Below are positions 11,546 through 22,457 of a stretch of DNA of 64,000 nt, one piece after another. The stretch covers positions 160,001 to 224,000 of the forward strand of contig CAWJKZ010000012.1 of assembly GCA_963843575.1 (NCBI GenBank). The letters run 5' to 3'. Each line of letters opens with the position of its first letter. The first letter of the stretch is position 1. This DNA comes from an uncultured Acidobacteriota bacterium. Its GTDB lineage: Bacteria; Acidobacteriota; UBA6911. A program made the translations under genes and the position numbers. Under the pieces are notes generated by a model that saw only the letters and a list, made by a program, of their open reading frames with translations, did no database searches and was not told the origin of the DNA.

Positions 11546-12304
11546 ATGACTGAGTCTCGCGTCCTGAAGCTTGAACTGGAGACCCGTTTCGGCCGCCTGA
11601 AGGGGAACCTGGAGGTTCCTTCCGGGGGCATGCGGCTGTCTGAACTGGCCTGGAACGTCATGGGCCTCGACGACAGGCTGATTGGCCTTGCGGCCGCATC
11701 CGAGGCCAGGCACGGCCGGCAGGTCTCATGCCGCAAAGGGTGCGGCGCCTGCTGCAGACAGGCGGTTCCGTTATCGCCGCCCGAGGCGTGGATGCTCAGG
11801 GACCTCGTTGTGTCGATGCCCCTGGAGCGGCGGGCGGCCGTCCTGGAGCGCTTCGCGCGCGCCAAAGACCGTCTGGAGCGCGAGGGGTTCGGGGAACGCT
11901 CGCTGACTTCGGCCGCATCGATGGACCAGGTACAGCAGCTGGGACTCGACTACCTGCGGCTCGGGCTGCCGTGCCCGTTCCTGGAGGACGAGTCCTGTTC
12001 CATCCACCCGTACAGGCCCTCCGCCTGCAGGGAGTACCTGGTGACGTCACCAGCCTCGTTCTGCAGCGATCCCGGCGCCCACCCGGTGCAACCGGTACCC
12101 CTGGCTGCGAGTCTCACCGAAGCCCTGTCGCGGCTTGCCGCCGCCGTAATGGGCGGAGAACCACGCGTTGTGCCGTTGGTAAAAGCGCTGGATTGGGCCG
12201 AGGAACACAGGGAGGACGGCCAGGTGCGCTACGATGCGGTCGCCCTTGTAGCTCTGTTGGTGCAGATCCTGACTGGCGCCACCACGCCCGCGGCCAGTCC
12301 GTAG
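11546..12304 (+). CDS. YkgJ family cysteine-cluster (Zn/Fe-S) protein
   Basis: SCRKGCGACCRQ and CPFLEDESCSIHPYRPSACR motifs. Confidence 0.9.
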   Translation: MTESRVLKLELETRFGRLKGNLEVPSGGMRLSELAWNVMGLDDRLIGLAAASEARHGRQVSCRKGCGACCRQAVPLSPPEAWMLRDLVVSMPLERRAAVLERFARAKDRLEREGFGERSLTSAASMDQVQQLGLDYLRLGLPCPFLEDESCSIHPYRPSACREYLVTSPASFCSDPGAHPVQPVPLAASLTEALSRLAAAVMGGEPRVVPLVKALDWAEEHREDGQVRYDAVALVALLVQILTGATTPAASP

Positions 12305-12347
12305 TTCGGATTGCAGGTTCTTTCCCGCGTGCAGCCGTATCAGGCAC

Positions 12348-13947
12348 GTGCGACATGGTACCACCGTGAGAATTGCCTTGGGCCTTCTGTGCTTTCTGGT
12401 CTCAACGGGGGGCATCGCTGTCCCCGCCGATATGCTCTGCACGCATCCGGTGGCGCTGGACAGGGAATCCAGGATTCTCCCCTGGCTCGATCCGGCGACT
12501 GGCGCATACGGCAGGGTGCTGGGGTTGCTGTGGGACTTCATTCTGACAGGGGTTCCCAATGGGCCCTCTTCGCCCCTGCCGATGTACTACCTCTACTGCG
12601 GCTACAAGCTATCGGGAGACTCTGTTGTCGCCGACACCTGGATGAACGACGTCGGCGAGAAGGTGCCCAACTGGTTCGAATCGGCACGCCTGTACTACGC
12701 CTACAAGGGAGATGCCGCCGCCTTCAAGGTCGCGCACGGACTCGTGGACTACACCCTGGCCCACGGCATCACCCCTGCAGGATACGAGTGGCCGTACTTT
12801 CCCCAGACCGCCGCGGACGCCGGCGCAGTGGAGTTCAAGGGATTCACCGGCAGATTCGCGACGGACGACGTCCACGTGGACCACGCCGGCGACATGGGGG
12901 CGACGTTCTTTCGGATGTACCTCTTTACCGGGGACGGAAGGTACAGGACCGCCGCGATCAAGGTCGCCGACACGCTGTTACGCCACATCAGGACCGGCGA
13001 CGCGCAGCGATCGCCCTGGCCCTACATCGTCAATGCCAGAACGGGCAAAATCACCGCGGACTACGCGGCTAACTGGTTCGGGTGCGTCGCGCTCTTCGAC
13101 CACCTGATCGAAGCGAACCAGGGAGACGTGCCAGGCTACCGTCGTGCGCGGGCGATCGCGCGGGACTGGCTGTTGACCTACCCCGTCCGGAACGGGCTCT
13201 GGGTGGATGGCCACACCGACACGAAAATCTCGGGGACGGGCAACCTGAGCAATCTGAGCGCCAGCAACGCCGCGCTGTACATCCTCGAGCACCCGGAAAT
13301 CGACCCCGACTGGAAGATCCACGTGCCGGCGCTTCTAAAATGGACCGAGGACCATTTCGTGTTCAACTGCCCGGAGCCGGCCATCCAGTGGGGCGCCTAC
13401 ACCGTGGCCGAGCAGGTTGCCTTCAAGTGGAAAATGGCGTACCAGACGGCGCGCTATGCCGCGCAATGCGCGCTCTGGTACAAGGTCTCCGGCGATCCCG
13501 CATTCAAGGAAAGGGCCTATCGTTCGTTCAACTGGAGCACGTACTCGGTAGACCGAAACGGCCGGGCGCAGGATGGACCCACCGACACCGTCGGACGCTG
13601 GTGGTCAGACTGTTACGGGGAATTTCCCCGGATGTTTTATTACGGTTTCGCAGCAGTGCCGGAATGGGCCCCCGCGCGGGAAAACCACCTCCTCTATTCC
13701 AACGGTGTGCAGAGGAACGTCAGGTACGGCACCCGGAGAATCTCCTACACCGCCACCAGCAGATTGGGAACCGACTATTGCCGGCTCGCCTTTTCCCCGG
13801 CGACGATTACCCTCAACGGGGCAGAAACTCCGGTTGCGCGGCGACCTGCGAGCCGAGGGGTACACCGTGAAGGATCTTGGCGGCGGGGATTACGGGGTGA
13901 GCGTTCGGAGAGTGCGAGCCGGGGATATCGCCATCCTCGGCCGGTGA
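12348..13947 (+). CDS. Secreted hypothetical protein, putative (alpha/alpha)6-barrel carbohydrate-active enzyme (frameshift at about 13830)
   Basis: Signal peptide and repeated Y..TGD.RY..A-type helical motifs (YLFTGDGRYRTAA, YKVSGDPAFKERA). Confidence 0.55.
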
Positions 13948-15148
13948 TCAGCGGTGTCGGGCTTCCCCCGCAATCCGCTCGAAGACCTTCCTGGCCTCGG
14001 CATACCGCATCTGTACCGCAGCCAGATCGTGCGCGAAATAGCGATTCCAGGGCCCGCCCGGTGAAGTCTTCCGGATCAAGCTGTCGATGAACTGCGCGAA
14101 ATACTCGGCATCTCCGGCGCCGGCGCGCACAGGCGCACCTGCGATCTTCACGAAAACCGCCCCGGTGTGGGTCTGATGCCCCTTGTCGTCCATGCGGCGG
14201 GCACACACCCAGCCGCTGGCCTTGAAATCTACCTGGGCGCGCATATCGACGGGCCTCCCAGGACCGGCGGTCCCCCGTTGCGTGGCCACGACCACGCCGT
14301 TGTGCACCAGTTCGATCCGACCCGTCAGCGTCTGGTTCGCTGTCCAGCGAACTGTGGCTGAAGAGCAGCATCGGCTTCCCGCGGTTGATCTCGTCCCCGG
14401 GCCCGTAATGACCCGCGAGCTTCAGATCCAGGAACTCCCGATGCCCAGTGGTCGAGATCACGGTGCGGCCCCGGGCGATTCCTTCGATCCAGTCGCGGTA
14501 GGAAAGGGCCCGGGACGGAAGATGCACAAACGTCAGCAACGCCCCGACCGGCTCGCGGGAGTTGCACGGGAAATCGGTTCCCGCGGCCAGACCCGGGCGG
14601 AATCCGCAGTTCAGCAGCCGGTAGTACGCATGGATCGCGGCCTCATTGCGCCACACGTCCTCCATCAGAAAGTCGACGCTGCCCAAGGCAACCTCGACGG
14701 GGTATTCCAGCGGGAGGCAGCAGCTCAAATCGTCGGGGATGCCTTCGCCTAGGTATTGCATGTGCGCGAAGCCGACGATCGCCTTCTGACGCTTCGCCCA
14801 CGCGATCACCGGGAAGGTGGATTCCGACGAAAGGCGTCTGGCGTTGCGCAGCCCCAGGAAGACGAGGTGGCCGCCGATGGCCTTCTCCTCGAACGTCACT
14901 CCCTTGGGGTCGAAGTGCCACTCCGCGTCCCAATGAAGGAGCCGTTCGCCGCGGGAGGCGGGTTGATCACGCCCGTTGACCAGCGGCAGATCCCTCTCGG
15001 CAACCCGAACTTCTCCGTTTCCCATGTCTGCCAGCAGCGAAACGACCGAGAGGTCATGGGTGCCCATCGCGGCCAGGATTTCGTCGGGCGTTACCGGATC
15101 GTGCCCCGACGCTGCACCGCAATCGAGGTGCACACGCATGGCCAGCAA
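13948..15148 (-). CDS. CehA/McbA-like PHP-family metallohydrolase (frameshift at about 14350)
   Basis: GGHLVFLGL, GFAHMQY, YYRLLNCGFRPGLAAGTDFPC, GIARGRTVIS, HQTHTGAVFV. Confidence 0.7.
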
Positions 15149-15163
15149 CTCCTCCCTCGCGCA

Positions 15164-15947
15164 TCAGACGGTAGGGGGCATCCCCGATCCAAACCCGCCG
15201 TCGACTGCCACGGCCGCCCCGGTCATGAAGGACGCATCGTCGCCCGCGAGGAACACGGCTGCGCGCGCCACTTCCTCCGCCCGGCCGATGCGCCACAAGC
15301 GCGTGCAGCTTCCCCGCCTTCAGGCGCGCCGCAGCCGGATCCGGCTGCGCCTGGAAATAGCCCTCCGCGAGCCCCGCGTCGATGTACCCCGGACAGATGC
15401 AGTTCACCCGCACCCCGTCCTTGCCGTGGTCGATGGCCATGGCCTTGGTCAAACCTATGATCGCCGCCTTGGTGGCGCAGTAGCCGGCGCAGCCAGGCTC
15501 CACAAAATAGCCGTTCACCGACGACATGTTGACGATGTTGCCGCGGGTGAGCTTCAGGTGCGGCAGGAAGTACTTCGAGCAGAGGAACACTCCCCCCAGG
15601 TTGACTGCCATTTGCCGCTGCCACTCTTCGACCGTGATTTCTTCAACCGTCTTGTTCACCTGGATCGCCGCGTTGTTGACGAGCACGTCGATCCTGGAGA
15701 ACGCCTGGAGCGTGGCGACGACGAGTTGGCGGACCGACTCGGGCGAGGCTACGTCGGCAACCATGCTTGCCCCGACCCCGCCCCGGCTGCAGATCAGTCG
15801 CACCGTCTCTTCCGCGCCGCGCGGGTCGATGTCGGCAACGGCGACGGAGGCACCTCTCTCCGCGAACGCCAGGGCGCAGGCGTGCCCGATGCCGGCGCCA
15901 CCCCCGGTTATCACCACGACACGGTTGTCGAAGTTCACCCTCGTCAC
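15164..15947 (-). CDS. SDR-family NAD(P)-dependent oxidoreductase (frameshift at about 15295)
   Basis: [32 protein letters not shown]-terminus [12 protein letters not shown] lies in another frame. Confidence 0.92.
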
Positions 15948-16191
15948 CTCTCCTGCGCAGGCCGAAGCCGTATGCCGGCATTGTGATGCCGTCCTGCGCG
16001 GACGCGCAAGCGCAGAATCAGGGACGCGGGAAACCCCATTCAGACGGCCTGTGCCGCCGGGGAGCTGAAGCCTGACCGCACTTGATTTTTCGGGCAACTC
16101 TCGTCTCGGGGAAGGAGAGCCTAGACGGTGGGTGAAGCGTCCTTGCTTGAGCGTGGGCGCGTGGACTATCCTCGTCCTTTCCTGGAGGTGA

Positions 16192-18535
16192 GTGGTGAAA
16201 TCGACCACGCCGGCGATCGTGGCTTTTGTCGCGCTGTGTGCACCCCTGAGCGCAGTAGACGTCCCGCTCACCGTCCGGGAAACCAGTGGGGTGACACGAA
16301 GCGGGAATCCGGTCAACTCGGGGGTGCCGTTGCCGAAAGGCGCGGTCAAGGACATCGGCGAACTGCGCCTGGTGGACGCGAGGGGCAACACAGTACAGGC
16401 CAGCATCGAGCCCCGCTGTCGATGGCTCGAGGACAATTCGCTCCAGTGGGTGACCGTGCATTTCATCGCCGGCGTCGAAGCAGGGGGAACCCTGCGCTAC
16501 CGTCTAGTCACCTCCAAGGCGGCGCCGCCTGCGACCTCCCTCGACGTCAAAGAAGGGCCCGGGATAATTACGGTCACAACGGGTCCGGCGAAATTCGTGA
16601 TCCCGACCGACCGGCTCGCTCCCTTCCGCCAGGTCTACCTGCGCCGGGATCTCTCAAGGGAATTCGAGGAGTCGGACGCCCTGCTGGCGAGTCCCGCGAC
16701 GGTGGTTCTCGCGGCCCGCAACGGCGAGTCGAGAGTGGTTCCCAGGCCCGCCCTCAAGGACGAGTTCAGGTCGGAACTGGCGAACCTCGGGGAGCCGTTC
16801 AGGCAAACCGCGGTGATCCGGGCGTCGCGGGTGGAAGAGAGGGGCCCGGGCCGTGCGGTCGTGGCGCTCAAAGGCACGTTCTCCGCGCCGGACGCGATGT
16901 CCCTCGATTTCACGGCGCGCCTTTATTTCTACAGCGGTTCACCGCTCGCGCAACTGACTTTCAGCGTGGCGAACCGGCAAATGGACAGCATGGCCCGGTT
17001 CGTCGGAATCGAACGGTTGGCGGTTGAGATTCCACTGGAGGGTGCCCGGGGCGCGTCTGTGGCCCTGTCCAGGGAAGGTCGCGCATACGAGGCGAAACTC
17101 GGTACGAATCCGGTCCGCCTGATCCAGACGGCACGTGACCGGATGAGCATCGTCGCCGCAGATGGCACGACCACCTACGGGTCGCAGTCGGACGGGTGGG
17201 TGCAGGTGCGCTGCGCAACCGCGACACTGACTGCCGGCACCCGTTGGTTCTGGCAGGTCTACCCTGCAGGCCTCTCCGTCACACCGGGCGGCACCGTCGC
17301 GCTGGAACTCAAGCCGGCCGGCACCGACCGCGTCGACCTGTACACCGCGGGCGCGAAAACTCATTTCCTGTTCTTCCACTTTGCGCCGCCCGGCGCACCG
17401 GGAGCCGAAGCCATCGCGGCGGGGACGACACACCCGCTGGTGGCGGCAGCCTCTCCCGACTGGTACTGCCAGGAAACACGCGCCATGGGCGAACTGTACT
17501 CCGCCAACCCAAACCTGTACGCGCCGGAGTACCGCGATCTCGTGGCCCGCTACCAGCAACAGGTCGATGCGAACCTGAACCGTGTGGTTTCCAACCGGCC
17601 GCGCACCGGTTGGAAGGTGGACGAGTACGGGTGGCTGAATTTCGGCAGCGGGCTGCATCACTCGCGGTATGTCCGGGAGAATGCCGCGGAGAGTTGGTGG
17701 GACGGGAACTATTACGATTTCCCGCACGCCGCGATCCTCAATTACCTCCGGACCGGGCGGCCTGATCAATCTCACGACGGCGGAGGAGGCCGGGCTCCAC
17801 CTGGCGGACCTGGACATATGCCATTCGTTCCCAGGTCACCCGGACCGCGCCGGATCCCCGCGCAGCGGTCCGGTCGTGGGTCATTTCCGGAATTACGCGA
17901 GCGGCCAGAACTACCAGGGGCACGACTCCTTCACGTTCTACAAGAACGAGAGCCTGTACGAACTGTATTACCTCACCGGCGAGCGGTGGTACCACGAGGT
18001 CGGCCTGATGTCCTCCGACTTCGCCATGGCTTTCTGGGGCAGGGGAGCACTGCGCAACCTGGCGCACGGCATCTGGGGCGTCCTCAGTGCCTACCGCGAT
18101 ACGCACCAGCGGAAGTACCTGGAGCGAGCGACGTTTTTCGTGGACCAGTGGGGCAAGCCGTGGCAGGACCAGAACCGGGGTAGTTTCAAGGACCAGGAAT
18201 GGATGTATGGGCTGGCATTCGAGGCCTACGACAAGTATTACCGCCTGACCGGCGACAGGGACACGGCGGCCTATGTCGTGAAGGCGCTCGACGCCCTCAT
18301 CGCAGAGTTCTGGAAACCCGAAGAGGGTACCGGCGGCTTGTACGGCATCAACCTCATCGGGTACGGCCTCGGATACGAGTATACGGGGAATGCGGAGTAT
18401 CTCAAGAAAGGCCTGCTGCTGCTCGAGCGGTTGTCGCAACCCGGAAGCGAAGGAGACCGCGTGAAGACGTTCGCCCAGAATTTCCGGGCTTCGCCCTATT
18501 TCTTGAAGTATCTAACGGCGGGTTACCGGCGGTAA
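16192..18535 (+). CDS. YetA/PcRGLX-like (exo-rhamnogalacturonan lyase-like) secreted protein (frameshift at about 17760)
   Basis: N-terminal PVNSGVPLPKG..RWLEDNSLQWV; GWLNFG; GNYYDF..YLRTG..HLADLDICH; LYYLTGE. Confidence 0.65.
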
Positions 18536-18578
18536 CCGGCGCGAGGATTGCCCGGCGCTGCGACCGCGGAGAATGACC

Positions 18579-20805
18579 ATGAACTTGCCTGTCAGCGCCA
18601 TTGTCCTTGTTCTGGCGATCTCAATGTTCGGGACGGCCTCCACGGGGCCCCAGGAATTTGTGGGCGGGTTGAGGTCGCTCGGGTACAGCCTCGTCCCAGC
18701 GGCCAGGAGAGTACAGCTGTCGGGGCGGGAGATCTCCATCGACTCGAGCTGGGGCGTGGATCCGCAGGTCGCCCCGGGCGACATCGCCCTGAGGCGCCTG
18801 AAGGAAGGGGCGGCCGAGCTGGCAGGCCTGAAGCTCGAAGGAGGAGGGCCGGGCCGCATCGTTCTTCGGGTTGTGCCGGGGAAGGTGAAGGAGGTTCCGG
18901 CGGCGACATCGAAAGACGCCTACACCTTGAGCATCACAGCCCCAGCGCATCGAAATCACCGGGAACGGCAGCCCGGGGCTGCTCTACGGAGTGCAGAGCC
19001 TGCTGCAGCTCCTGCGGCCGGCCGAGGGCGGCACCCGCCGGCTCCCCGAAACCGAGATTGAGGATTGGCCCGCGCTGCCGCTCCGCTTCATTCACTGGGA
19101 CTACCAAGCATCACCAGGACCGGCCGGAAACGCTGAAGAGGTTCATCGACTGGACGTCGTTCTTCAAGGCGAATGCCATCGGGTTCGAGATCGAAGACAA
19201 GTACGAGTTCCCGCGGCATCCGGTGGTCGGCGCGCCGGGGGCCTTCACCAGGGCGCAGGTGCAGGAGCTCACGCGCTATGCGCTGGAACGCCACATCCAG
19301 CTCGTGCCGCAGATTCAGGCTCCTGCGCACATGGCCTACGTGCTGAAGCACGACGAATTCAAACATCTCCGGGCGGACGGGAGCAACTACCAGGCCTCGA
19401 TGTGCGACGAGGAAGCCATCTCGCTGATCCAGGATCTCTACCAGGACCTGATCGACGCCACCCCCGGGGTGGAGTACTTCCACGTTTCGACCGACGAGGT
19501 GTACTTCGCCGGGATTTCCGCCAAGTGTCGGGAGAAGCGCCCGTACAACGAGGAAAACCGCAGCCTGACGTGGGTGGAGTACGTCAACCGGATGCACAAG
19601 TGGCTCGCCGACCGGGGACGCAAGATGCTCTGCTGGGTGGAATACCCGCTGCTGGAGGAGCACCTCAAGCTTCTCCCACGAGGGCTCATCAACGGTGTCG
19701 CCGTCCTGGACCGCGGCAGCGCCTGGAACAGGGGCCTCAGGGATGCCGGCGTACCGTCGCTGATCTACAGCGCCCAGCAGGGCTCCGAGCTCCTTTTCCC
19801 CAACTATTTCTCTTCGGAATTCCTTGACGACGGCCGCCCGGTGCAGGGCCATCTGGCCGAGCCCGGCAGAGTCGTTCCCCGGATCCTGCGGAGAGGCTCC
19901 CAACGAACTCATCGGGACATACGCCGCGGCGTGGGATGACTCCGGCCTGCACAACGAGACGTTCTGGCTGGGTTGGGTCATGGTCAGCCAGTATGGCTGG
20001 TCGCCGGACAGGCCGCGGCCAGAGCAGGTGATTGCCGACTTCATGGACGTCTTCTACGGCCCCGGCAACCAGGATCTCGTCGAGGTCTATCGGACTCTGA
20101 TGGAAGGGGCGCGATTCTACGAATCGAGCCTGGATCGCGTGCCGGCTTCGCGCCTGAAGCCGACGTACGGGAGTTGGGCCGGCCCGGGACGGGACACGAC
20201 CCGGATCGACCTGCGCATCGAGCCGCCGCCGCTTCCCTTCGCGTACGATGAAACGCTGGTGGTCGAGCGCACTTTCTCCCGCCGGTACGCGCATGTCCTG
20301 GCTCAGCTGCCGGAAATGCGGCGTCGGCTGGATCAGACGATAGCAGCGCTGCAGGGGAAGCTCGGGGTCGTAGCGCGGAATCGGTACAACGTCGAGGTCC
20401 TGCTCTCGATCGCGCAGTTCGAGCGCCACTGGGTCACCATGGTTGCGGCCTTGAAGGATGCCGAGGACCTGATGATCCAGGCGGCCGAGGCACAAAGGCA
20501 GGACCGGGCGAAGCGACGTCGTCGCACTGCTGTCGCAGGCGCACGGGCGGGTGGAAGATTGCCTGCGGGACCGGAAGACGATGTGGGAGGGTCTGACGGC
20601 CACCTGGGAAAAGAGCCGCTACCCCAAAGGCATGTCGGTGGGGGGCCGGAGCTTTGTCCACGTCCTGGACGACCTGAAAGACCACCGAGCCGACCGGCGC
20701 CCCGGCCTCGACTTCATGCTCGAACCTCTCGAGAACAGCAACCTCGAGTCCTGGTCCGCCTCCCTGTCCCAGTTCATCCAGCTCTTCGCCCGCTCTCGCA
20801 AGTGA
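18579..20805 (+). CDS. GH20-family beta-N-acetylhexosaminidase-like protein (frameshifted)
   Basis: EIEDWPALPLR, FEIEDKYEFPRHP, LVPQIQAPAH, catalytic FHVSTDEVY. Confidence 0.85.
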
Positions 20806-20806
20806 C

Positions 20807-21058
20807 GGGGACGGACCAAGAGAAGTTTTTTATACACAATATTTTAAAAGGAAATACCGATCCGAATTGGGCCTTATTTTAGCTTTTCGTAGCCGAAAAT
20901 CGAAAATAAGCCCTGGAACCGCAGTGGTAGGGAACGAAAGACGAGCAGACATGCACTAAGCGCAGAATTTGCCCTCAAAAAAAGAAAATAAGGCCACTTT
21001 CCAGGCCTGAAAATAAGGTAGGTATAATTTTGACAAGTGGTTAGCGTGGTCCGTCCCC
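20807..21058. repeat. AT-rich element, family B
   Basis: GGGGACGGACC at 20807-20817 and TTAGCGTGGTCCGTCCCC at 21041-21058; lies between convergent genes. Confidence 0.85.
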
Positions 21059-22393
21059 TCCCACTTCCGACAATTCGAGGTCCTTGGTTTCGGGGCTGAA
21101 CAGGAGGCTCACGAAGGTCATCAGCGCCCCGGCGGTGAGGACAACCGAAGGGGAAAGCCACATGTCCTGCTTCTCGATGTTCTGGATGAAGGGGACGTTG
21201 TGGGCCCACCAGACGTAGACGCTGAACCACGCGCCGAGGAGCGCGCCCGAAGAGTACCCGAGCCCGACCCCGACGGCGCGGCGCCCGGTCGGAAACCGTT
21301 CCGCCAGGTACGCCGGGATTATGCCCCAGGCGAGCTTGAGCATCGCGGCCATGGTCGTCCCGAGAATCGCGAGCGGGACGTTGCGGGCCACCGCCGCGTG
21401 GTACAGGACGAAGTACACCGGGATCCCGAAAACCGCGAGAAACCCGCAATACCACAGAGTGAGCGACTTTCGCCCCGTGAAGTCCGACAACCACCCGTAG
21501 AGGTTATAGCCCAGAAAGGCCATGAAGAGCGCGAACCCGTAGATCAGGCTGTAGGTGGTGGTGTCGAAGCCGCGGCCACCCAGGGTGAGGATGTTCGGGA
21601 GGAAGCCATACACGGAGTAGTCGGCGAGAAACAGCCCCGTCATGAACACGAACACCTGCAGGAAGACCCACAGGGCCGGCGGCTTGAAGAGGTTCAGGAA
21701 CGGCGCGCGCTCGATCGCCCCGCCCTTCCTGGCCTTCTCGAACTCCGGAGACTCCGGCAGCGCCTTCCGGATGTATAGCGCGAGGAACACCGGCACGACC
21801 CCGGTCGCGAAAACGATGCGCCAGCCATAGTCCAGCATCCCCTTGTCGCCGAGCCAGTGCGAGATCAAGGCGAAGACCACCGAGGCGAAAACGTATCCCA
21901 GGGGAAAACCGGACTGGATGAAGCCGCCGATGGCCCCGCGCCTCCTCTTGGGCGCGTGTTCGATGGCGAAGGTGTGGCCGACGGCGTATTCCCCGCCGAA
22001 AAAACACCCCATGACGAACCGGAGGACGCAGAACACGACATAGGCCCAGTTCCCCACCTGGTCGTAGGTGGGCAGAAAGGCCGAAAGGAACGACATGACG
22101 CCGACGCCGCCGATGGTCAGGATCAGGAGAAAACGGCGGCCGAGCCGGTCGGCGTAGTGCCCGAAGATGGCCGACCCCACCGGCCGGGCCGCCATGGTGA
22201 TCGAATAGCTGAGTACGATCGTGATGTACCGCCAGGCGTCGCTGCCGGAGGGCGACGAAAAGACCCGGACCAGGATGGGGGCCATCACCAGGACGAGCGC
22301 CATGTCGTATGCGTCGAGCATGAAACCCAGAAACTGCGACCCCATCGCCATCTTCGTGTGCCTGCCCAAGCCTTCCTGGCGCACCGTGAGCAT
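21041..22393 (-). CDS. MFS transporter (SHS/MHS-like sugar or organic acid:H+ symporter)
   Basis: LDAYD, GHYADRLGRR, GCFFGGEY, GWLSDFTGRK, SPETK; about 12 hydrophobic segments. Confidence 0.9.
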   Translation of the reverse strand: MLTVRQEGLGRHTKMAMGSQFLGFMLDAYDMALVLVMAPILVRVFSSPSGSDAWRYITIVLSYSITMAARPVGSAIFGHYADRLGRRFLLILTIGGVGVMSFLSAFLPTYDQVGNWAYVVFCVLRFVMGCFFGGEYAVGHTFAIEHAPKRRRGAIGGFIQSGFPLGYVFASVVFALISHWLGDKGMLDYGWRIVFATGVVPVFLALYIRKALPESPEFEKARKGGAIERAPFLNLFKPPALWVFLQVFVFMTGLFLADYSVYGFLPNILTLGGRGFDTTTYSLIYGFALFMAFLGYNLYGWLSDFTGRKSLTLWYCGFLAVFGIPVYFVLYHAAVARNVPLAILGTTMAAMLKLAWGIIPAYLAERFPTGRRAVGVGLGYSSGALLGAWFSVYVWWAHNVPFIQNIEKQDMWLSPSVVLTAGALMTFVSLLFSPETKDLELSEVGGDGPR

Positions 22394-22457
22394 AAGGTTA
22401 AGTTCCTTTCGGTTCGAATTCCCCGATTCGTCGAGATTCCGCGAGCCTGAAGCGATC

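Noticed and set aside
16010-16190. Riboswitch in the divergent SDR/lyase intergenic region
   Set aside because: I could not match any riboswitch consensus; an Rfam scan would be needed.
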